24,000 bases of DNA from Actinobacillus succinogenes 130Z. GTDB lineage: Bacteria > Pseudomonadota > Gammaproteobacteria > Enterobacterales > Pasteurellaceae. Position 1 is the first letter of the stretch. Every line of letters begins with the position of its first letter. The notes below the pieces were generated by a model that saw nothing but the letters and a program-made list of their open reading frames with translations, ran no database searches and had not been told where the DNA came from. Of this stretch, positions 15,839-22,967 are shown in pieces. A program made the position numbers and the translations under genes. The DNA lies in NCBI RefSeq assembly GCF_000017245.1, contig NC_009655.1, positions 1,027,161 through 1,051,160 on the forward strand, written 5' to 3'.

Positions 15839-16130
15839 CGATAAAAATAATAGGCCTGATAAGCTAAAATCGGTTATAAGTTTTATGAGACAGAACACTT
15901 TTCCGTTTTTGAAGGTTTATAGACATGTAAATCATTGTGTAATGATTAACTAATTAAGCAATCATCGGTTCCCGATAAGTTATTTTTATCAGGAGCTTAA
16001 CAAGAAACTTTATTCCGAAGGATTTTTTATAACATTTTCGGCGGGAGTGATTAAGCTTTCTGTGGCTAATATTAGATCCGAGTTTGCGCAACCGGTACGT
16101 AATACTGAAATTTTCGGTAAATTCAGCTAG

Positions 16131-16973
16131 TTATTGTTGATGCGAAATTATACGCCGTATATGGATCATCAAATAAAGTTGTTCATCCTCATTTAACGGT
16201 TTGTGATAGTTTGCAGTAAGATATTTATTAATTTTTTCAACGCATTGATAGGCTTTCGGATAGGCGATTTTTGTTTGTCGGTAAAGAAAATCATCGCCTG
16301 AGGCAGGCTCGGAATTTACAAAGAAACGCTGGGCGAAATGTTGTAAATGGGTGAGAAAACGAGCGTAATCGTAGCTGTTTTCATCTAACACTAAATTAAA
16401 ATGGTAGCCGACCATATTTAAAATATCTTTGATCATTTGAGTGGCTTTATAGGTATCCGCCATTGTCGAGCCGTCGGTGCGGGCATTAAAAATATGCAGC
16501 GCGATAAAACCCGCTTCATCTTCCGTCATTTGCACGCCAAAACGTTTTTCAATTAACTGCAGAGTATATAAACCGATGGCAAACTCTTGTTTATAAAGAC
16601 GTTGAATTTCAAACAATAAGCCGTTTGGCACGGTTTGATTCTGTTTGGCTCGTTCGACGGCGTGGAAAATATGATCGGGCAGGCTGACAAAAATACTGTT
16701 TGACAGAGTCGTACCAAGTTGTTGGTTGGCAAAATCGACTACGCAATTGGTGAGTTGAAAATATTCTTGCGGAATTTCGCTTAAAATTTCGGTTAAACGG
16801 CCGGCAAACAGGCTCTTATTAAGGCTAAAGGTTTTCTCTACCAAACTTTCGTCTGCCGAATCACCGACTTTTTTACCGAATGCGACACCTTTTCCAAGCA
16901 CAACAAGCTCGGTTTGAAGTTCATTTTCAGCTTGAATCGCATTGTTATTAAAGATCTTGGTAATTTTAAGCAT
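16131..16973 (-). CDS. licT: BglG/LicT/SacY-family transcription antiterminator (CAT RNA-binding domain plus two PRDs)
   Basis: MLKITKIFNNNAIQAENELQTELVVLGKGVAFGKK is a typical CAT domain, followed by two PRD-like halves with conserved His (FIALHIF, LMIHIRR). ATG 16973 is preceded by GAGG 8 nt upstream. The ORF-track start at 17072 overlaps the upstream gene and is rejected. Confidence 0.9.
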   Translation of the reverse strand: MLKITKIFNNNAIQAENELQTELVVLGKGVAFGKKVGDSADESLVEKTFSLNKSLFAGRLTEILSEIPQEYFQLTNCVVDFANQQLGTTLSNSIFVSLPDHIFHAVERAKQNQTVPNGLLFEIQRLYKQEFAIGLYTLQLIEKRFGVQMTEDEAGFIALHIFNARTDGSTMADTYKATQMIKDILNMVGYHFNLVLDENSYDYARFLTHLQHFAQRFFVNSEPASGDDFLYRQTKIAYPKAYQCVEKINKYLTANYHKPLNEDEQLYLMIHIRRIISHQQ

Positions 16974-16986
16974 AATAAAACCTCGC

Positions 16987-17031
16987 CAAGCGGTCGGATT
17001 TTGTAAAAATTCTACAAAATTCAACCGCTTG
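16987..17031 (-). repeat. Inverted pair of ACAAGCGGT-type USS-like motifs forming a 19-bp hairpin between the glucosidase gene and licT
   Basis: The + strand reads CAAGCGGTCGGATTTTGTA (16987-17005), loop aaaattc, TACAAAATTCAACCGCTTG (17013-17031). In the minus-strand RNA this gives 17 Watson-Crick pairs, one G-U and one A-C mismatch. It contains a perfect ACAAGCGGT (17024-17032, minus) and cCAAGCGGTC (16986-16995, plus). There is no adjacent U-run; the licT RBS follows directly. Confidence 0.7.
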
Positions 17032-17043
17032 TGTCGATAAGGA

Positions 17044-18534
<1,491 letters not shown>

Positions 18535-18540
18535 TTATAA

Positions 18541-18596
18541 CAAAAAAGCCTAAGCAAGATAAAGTACTGAAGTAGTGTTTTATCTTGCTTAGGCTT
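18541..18596 (-). terminator. Leader terminator of cassette A (upstream of the glucosidase gene), target of LicT antitermination
   Basis: The + strand A6 run (18542-18547) overlaps the start of AAGCCTAAGCAAGATAAA (18546-18563), whose perfect 18-bp partner is TTTATCTTGCTTAGGCTT (18579-18596). On the minus-strand transcript this is a stem followed by a U-run. Confidence 0.85.
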
Positions 18597-18622
18597 GCCG
18601 AATTAACGTAACACCCTAAGTG
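18586..18622 (-). promoter_or_regulatory. RAT (ribonucleic antiterminator) element, cassette A
   Basis: The minus strand reads CACTTAGGGTGTTACGTTAATTCGGCAAGCCTAAGCA, similar to the bgl/sac RAT consensus GGATTGTTACTGCATTCGCAGGCAAAACC. The closing stem CTTAGG/CCTAAG shares CCTAAG with the 5' arm of the terminator, so the two structures are mutually exclusive. Confidence 0.8.
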
Positions 18623-18637
18623 TTTTTACTATTTGTA

Positions 18638-18666
18638 AATCTAACGAAAAATTTAACCGCTTGCAA
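18638..18666 (-). promoter_or_regulatory. Sigma-70 promoter of cassette A (-35 TTGCAA, 17-nt spacer, -10 TAGATT)
   Basis: Read on the minus strand: -35 at 18666-18661, -10 at 18643-18638. The -35 overlaps gCAAGCGGT (18656-18664, minus), an 8/9 ACAAGCGGT-type motif. Confidence 0.6.
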
Positions 18667-18683
18667 AGGGGATAATGCTGTTT

Positions 18684-18699
18684 TGTGATCCGCCTCACA
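18684..18699. promoter_or_regulatory. CRP (cAMP receptor protein) binding site, cassette A
   Basis: TGTGA-tccgcc-TCACA, with both half-sites perfect. The centre is ~60 nt upstream of the predicted transcription start (class-I-like position). It lies immediately after the HAD gene stop. Confidence 0.75.
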
Positions 18700-18706
18700 A
18701 AATAAA

Positions 18707-19531
18707 TTACAGAAGTCCGAATTTTTCAAATGCCTTATATAACCCGTCATTATCCACATCGTCAGTCACAAAATTCGCCATTGCTTTGATTTCGTCACCG
18801 CCGTTACCCATCGCCACGCCTATAGCACAATATTCCAGCATCGGAATATCGATTTTGGCATCGCCGAAAGCAAAAGTATCCGCCCGGCTTGCGCCAAGGT
18901 GATCAAGTAAAACGGAAATCGCATAACCTTTATCAATCTCTTTTACCCCTAAATCGCCAAATAGTGCGGTTTCGCCCACGCCGCCCCAAGTGCCGGCTTT
19001 CAGTTCCGGAAAAGCGGCGGCGGAATCCAGGTGATCTTGGTAGCTGTTTAAGATAAAACTCACTTTGTTTAAATCGTTGCGGTAGAGTTCGCCGCCGAAA
19101 ATAATGCCGTGCATGAGTTCACGCACGCTTGCCTTTTTCATTCCTTTACGGGCGGTGTAGATTTCCAGCACAGGTTCGGCTTTTTCTTCAAAATCGGGGC
19201 TGGCGAATAAGCCGTTATTGCTTTCTAAATAAAAAGCCAAGCCTCTTGCCGTGAGCCAATCGACCACTTTATGCGCCGTTTCTGCGGGGATCAGCTGGTG
19301 CATCACCACTTCATTTTGATATTCCACATAGCTGCCATTGCCGCCAATCATTCCGTCAAGACCAATTGCCCACAGATCAGGCGAAACTTCCGCCCGACTC
19401 CGTCCAGTGCAGATAAAAACTTTATGTTCTTTTTGACGAGCTGTTTGAATAGCTTTAACCGCAGATTTCGGCACTTCATTTTGATAATTTACTAAAGTGC
19501 CGTCCACATCTAAAAAAATAATTTTTTTCAT
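18707..19531 (-). CDS. Cof-type HAD-IIB sugar phosphatase
   Basis: Motif I FLDVDGTL, motif II CTGRS, a cap-domain-sized insert, and motif IV FGDAKIDIPML (GDxxxD). ATG 19531 is preceded by AGGAGA 6 nt upstream. The ORF-track start at 19549 is rejected. Confidence 0.85.
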   Translation of the reverse strand: MKKIIFLDVDGTLVNYQNEVPKSAVKAIQTARQKEHKVFICTGRSRAEVSPDLWAIGLDGMIGGNGSYVEYQNEVVMHQLIPAETAHKVVDWLTARGLAFYLESNNGLFASPDFEEKAEPVLEIYTARKGMKKASVRELMHGIIFGGELYRNDLNKVSFILNSYQDHLDSAAAFPELKAGTWGGVGETALFGDLGVKEIDKGYAISVLLDHLGASRADTFAFGDAKIDIPMLEYCAIGVAMGNGGDEIKAMANFVTDDVDNDGLYKAFEKFGLL

Positions 19532-19594
19532 TATTTCTCCTAAAAACAAGGGGTTAAATTTATAATTTATTTTGCAAAAAGTGCTAAAAATCTA

Positions 19595-19603
19595 ACCGCT
19601 TGT
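19595..19603 (-). repeat. Apl-type uptake-signal-like motif ACAAGCGGT (perfect)
   Basis: The + strand reads ACCGCTTGT, 4 nt downstream of the PTS gene stop codon. On the minus strand it is followed by tagATTTTT, a USS-like T-rich flank. Confidence 0.7.
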
Positions 19604-19607
19604 AAGA

Positions 19608-21491
19608 TTATGATTTATTAAGCAATACTTTAATCAACGGCTCGTTTTGATAAATATGCGGCTCTTGGCTGGCGATAACGTCAAGGTAATCTTCGCTGTT
19701 GGCAATAATCACCGGTGTTACTATGCTGTAACCTGCCGCTTTAATAGCATTAATATCAAAGGTGCCGAGCCGTTGTCCGACTTGAATTCTATCGCCGTCT
19801 TTCACGAAAGTTTCAAAATGTTTTCCGTTTAGCTGTACCGTATCCATTCCGATATGAATTAAGATTTCTAAACCGTCGTCAGACACAATATTGTAGGCGT
19901 GCTTAGTTGGAAATACGGAGCTGATCGTGCCGTTTACCGGCGAAATTAACTCGCCTTTGGTCGGTTCAATCGCCACCCCTTTTCCTAACGCTTCAGAGGC
20001 GAACATCGGATCTTGAATATCCGTTAATTTGTGAATATTGCCTTCTAATGGGCTGACTAAATTAAATTTTTCGAGTGGAATCGTAGAAACCCGGGCGTTA
20101 TTCGGTTTTTCAGGTTTTGTTGCCGTATCCGCAGTTTGTTGCGGCAGCATTGTATCGCTGTAACCGAACAGATAAGTCAGTATGCCTGCTACAATAAAAG
20201 CAACGGCCATTCCAACGGTGTACATCACAATATTTGAACCTTCGCCGATAATAACAGGGTAAAGCAATAAACCGGAGAAGCCGAAAGCAAACATTTTAGT
20301 GCCGCCCCAACCGATAACCGCACCGCCGATAGCACCGCCTAGCACACCGCATACAAAGGGTTTTTTAAAGCGTAGGGTGATGCCGTAAATAAGGGGTTCG
20401 GTAATACCAAGCACGCCGCTGAATGTGGTTGAACCGGCAAGTGATTTAATCTCTTTATTGCGTGATTTCAGGAAGACGGCGAAAGTTGCCCCCGCTTGTC
20501 CTAACACCGCAGCTGCCGTTAACGGGCCGATTAAATCGAAACCGACAACCGCCATATTGTTGATCATAATCGGTACGATGCTCCAATGGATGCCGAAGAT
20601 CACCAATACTTGCCATAATGCTCCGACAACAAGACCGGTGGCTATCGGGCTGGCGGCATATAGCCAAGCCAATACCGTTGCGATTCCATGTCCGATAGCA
20701 CCGCCGACAGGCCCGATAACGGCTAAAGTGAGCGGTACTACAACTAACAAGGTACAGGCGGGAGCAAAGAAATTGCGGACAGATTCGTGCCAAAGATTTT
20801 CGAAAAAGCGTTGAATATAAGATTGAGCCCATACCGCAATCAGAATCGGAATTACGCTGTAGGTATAAGTCATCGTAGCTAATTCAAAACCTAAAAAGTC
20901 TAACGGTTTGCCGCTTGAGCTCACCTCAACAATACTCGGGTAAACTAACGCTGCGGCAACTGCGACCGCAATATAAGGGCTGGCTTTCACTTTGGCCGCA
21001 CAAGTAATGGCGAGCAAAATAGGTAAGAAATAGAAGGTTGAACTGGCTGCCGCGTCCAGCACGGTGAATGTGCCTGAAGCCGGATCCAATAAGCCCGAAA
21101 CCTGCAAAATTGCAATTAAGCCTTTTAAAATACCGGCTCCCGCCATCACCCCGATAAGAGGAGTAAATGAACCGGCAAGAAAATCGATTCCTCGATTTAT
21201 CAATGACGGTTTAGGCAAATCGGCGGCATCGCCTGCTTGAATGTCTGCGATTTTCATAATCTCCGCATATACTTTCGGCACATTATTGCCGATCACAATT
21301 TGGAACTGCCCGCCGCTTTCTACCACACTAATAACACCGGCGGTTTGTTCCAGCCGTGCTTTATCCGCTTTGGCACGTTCTTTCAATACAAAGCGCAAAC
21401 GGGTGGCGCAGTGTACCAGCGAATGAATATTTTGTTCTCCGCCGACGAATCGGAGAATCTCTTGTGCGAGTTTGCTAAAATCTTTAGCCAT
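19608..21491 (-). CDS. PTS beta-glucoside-family permease, fused EIIB-EIIC-EIIA
   Basis: N-terminal EIIB with the phospho-Cys motif HCATRLRF, ~10 TM segments of EIIC(Glc family), and a C-terminal EIIA-Glc domain (IHIGMDTVQLNGKHFE). Of the two ATGs (21497, 21491), the second is 6 nt after AAGAGGAA and is preferred. Sugar specificity cannot be read from the sequence. Confidence 0.92.
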   Translation of the reverse strand: MAKDFSKLAQEILRFVGGEQNIHSLVHCATRLRFVLKERAKADKARLEQTAGVISVVESGGQFQIVIGNNVPKVYAEIMKIADIQAGDAADLPKPSLINRGIDFLAGSFTPLIGVMAGAGILKGLIAILQVSGLLDPASGTFTVLDAAASSTFYFLPILLAITCAAKVKASPYIAVAVAAALVYPSIVEVSSSGKPLDFLGFELATMTYTYSVIPILIAVWAQSYIQRFFENLWHESVRNFFAPACTLLVVVPLTLAVIGPVGGAIGHGIATVLAWLYAASPIATGLVVGALWQVLVIFGIHWSIVPIMINNMAVVGFDLIGPLTAAAVLGQAGATFAVFLKSRNKEIKSLAGSTTFSGVLGITEPLIYGITLRFKKPFVCGVLGGAIGGAVIGWGGTKMFAFGFSGLLLYPVIIGEGSNIVMYTVGMAVAFIVAGILTYLFGYSDTMLPQQTADTATKPEKPNNARVSTIPLEKFNLVSPLEGNIHKLTDIQDPMFASEALGKGVAIEPTKGELISPVNGTISSVFPTKHAYNIVSDDGLEILIHIGMDTVQLNGKHFETFVKDGDRIQVGQRLGTFDINAIKAAGYSIVTPVIIANSEDYLDVIASQEPHIYQNEPLIKVLLNKS

Positions 21492-21529
21492 AATCATTTC
21501 CTCTTAAAGTTTCAAATCTTTAAGGCAAT

Positions 21530-21577
21530 AAAAAAGCCTAAGCAAATCAACGTATTAAACGCGATTTGCTTAGGCTT
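21530..21577 (-). terminator. Leader terminator of cassette B (upstream of the PTS gene), target of LicT antitermination
   Basis: The + strand A6 run (21530-21535) overlaps the start of AAGCCTAAGCAAATC (21534-21548), whose perfect 15-bp partner is GATTTGCTTAGGCTT (21563-21577). On the minus-strand transcript this is a stem followed by a U-run. Confidence 0.85.
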
Positions 21578-21603
21578 GCCGAATTAACGTAACACCCTAA
21601 GTG
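21567..21603 (-). promoter_or_regulatory. RAT (ribonucleic antiterminator) element, cassette B
   Basis: The 37 nt are identical to cassette A (18586-18622) and overlap the 5' arm of the terminator by 11 nt. Confidence 0.8.
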
Positions 21604-21617
21604 TTTTAACATTTGTA

Positions 21618-21646
21618 AATCTAGCGAAAAAAACGACCGCTTGCAA
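21618..21646 (-). promoter_or_regulatory. Sigma-70 promoter of cassette B (-35 TTGCAA, 17-nt spacer, -10 TAGATT)
   Basis: Read on the minus strand: -35 at 21646-21641, -10 at 21623-21618. The -35 overlaps gCAAGCGGTC (21635-21644, minus). Confidence 0.6.
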
Positions 21647-21663
21647 AGGGGAGCTTTGGGTTT

Positions 21664-21679
21664 TGTGATCTATTTCACA
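21664..21679. promoter_or_regulatory. CRP binding site, cassette B
   Basis: TGTGA-tctatt-TCACA, with both half-sites perfect and the same spacing to the promoter as in cassette A. Confidence 0.75.
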
Positions 21680-22191
21680 AAATAATTCTGCTACTATGTT
21701 TCTCTATAATATTTCTACGTTGTAAAAAGAATGTAGCCTAATATAAAAAGAGTTTTGGGGACAAAGAAATTAGAAAGTCGATTTGCCAAAATATGTCTTA
21801 TTTTGCCAATTATATAAGTGATATTGATTTTATTAATCACACTGGCGTGTAACTTGAATTTACCTGAGATGTTTAACAATATTAAGCTTAATTTATATCG
21901 TCGTAATCCGCTATCCCGGTCAGAAAATCCGGATATCAATATGTTTTGCTTATGTGTACTGAATTCTCACGGCCGCTGATTAATTACCGTCGGTACTATT
22001 TACAAGCGGATAGGTCCGGCGTTTGCTTTGAAATAAACTGTTCTTTAGCGAATGACCGCTTCGTAGTTGATTCGTTAAAATGTCATTATTAAATTTTCGT
22101 CCATATATTCTTCTCAAAATAATTCCTCGGAATTATAGCAATTTAAGGTTTTTGTCGTTAAAATCCTTTTATTTAGGAATGATTCTCAATA

Positions 22192-22917
22192 ATGAAATTG
22201 CTTGTTTCAAATCAATACGGCGCAATCGTCATGGCGATGTTACCGTTTTTGTACGGTTTACTGCTGGGGCAACCCCGTTGGATGCATCTGTTTTTGTTGT
22301 TGGCATGGAGCGCGCTGTATTTATTTACCTATCCTTTTCTGAATCTGTTCAAACCGCAAATTAAAGATAAACGACAATATGTACGCTGGAGTTGGATTTA
22401 CGGCGCGGCAAGTGCGGTCTTTTGTGTCCCCGTTTTGCGGTGTAACAGTAAGATTTTATGGTTCGGCGTGGCAATGTTGCCGTTGTTGCTGGTTAATATT
22501 TATTATACGAAAACCAAGAATGAACGGGCATTATTGAACGATTTCGCCGGCATCGCGGTTTTTGCTTTAGCCGGTGTCGCTGCGTATTATTTCGGTTCGG
22601 CGCAATTGAATGCCGAAGCTTTGCAAGTGGCGGTTTATCCTGCGCTGTTTTTCATCGGCATTACTTTTTATGTGAAATCCATGCTACGCGAACGGAAAAA
22701 TCCGCGGTATTTTCGTCTTTCCGTCGGGTTTCACCTCGCCTGCGTGGTAGCAATGAGTTGTTGTCAATCTTGGCGGCTGGCATTGACATTTGCTCCGGCG
22801 TTGATCCGAGCGGCTTGGCTGCCTCATAAAAAATTGAATGCCAAGCAAGTAGGATTAATCGAATTCGCCGTTTCGGGCTTGTTTTTGGTGATGTTACTAT
22901 GGGCAACAAAGAAATAA
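22192..22917 (+). CDS. YwiC-like family integral membrane protein (function unknown)
   Basis: 241 aa with ~8 hydrophobic segments. The N-terminal NQYGAIVMAMLPFLYGLL resembles the (N/K)QHGAWAML..PFL start of YwiC-like proteins as I recall them, and there is an NERALLND block. The family call comes from memory only. Confidence 0.65.
   Translation: MKLLVSNQYGAIVMAMLPFLYGLLLGQPRWMHLFLLLAWSALYLFTYPFLNLFKPQIKDKRQYVRWSWIYGAASAVFCVPVLRCNSKILWFGVAMLPLLLVNIYYTKTKNERALLNDFAGIAVFALAGVAAYYFGSAQLNAEALQVAVYPALFFIGITFYVKSMLRERKNPRYFRLSVGFHLACVVAMSCCQSWRLALTFAPALIRAAWLPHKKLNAKQVGLIEFAVSGLFLVMLLWATKK
22410..22418 (+). repeat. Hin-type uptake signal sequence core AAGTGCGGT
   Basis: Perfect 9-mer on the + strand. 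Confidence 0.9.
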
Positions 22918-22949
22918 AAAAGCGTCGTAAATTTTAATACGACGCTTTT
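22916..22949. terminator. Bidirectional rho-independent terminator between the convergent ywiC-like gene and parC
   Basis: AAAAAGCGTCGTA (22916-22928), loop aattttaa, TACGACGCTTTTT (22937-22949). Perfect 13-nt inverted repeat with A/T runs on both sides. Confidence 0.8.
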
Positions 22950-22967
22950 TCTTAGCCTTTGGCAAAT

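Noticed and set aside
16051-16059. 9-mer ATTAAGCTT shared by the left (16051-16059) and right (21882-21890) flanks of the bgl locus, considered as target-site or att direct repeats
   Set aside because: It is too short and AT-rich to be distinguished from chance in ~0.8 kb of AT-rich DNA. It is not positioned symmetrically with respect to the genes, and no integrase or transposase gene is present.
21715-21939. 74-aa minus-strand ORF in the AT-rich tract right of the bgl locus
   Set aside because: It has an Ile/Leu/Lys/Asn-rich composition dictated by AT-rich DNA. There is no Shine-Dalgarno sequence before the ATG and no recognisable motif. It would be transcribed towards the CRP site and promoter of cassette B.
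22080-22364. 94-aa plus-strand ORF overlapping the start of the ywiC-like gene
   Set aside because: It overlaps the better-supported 241-aa membrane-protein frame out of frame. Its upstream half is AT-rich spacer and it has no RBS.
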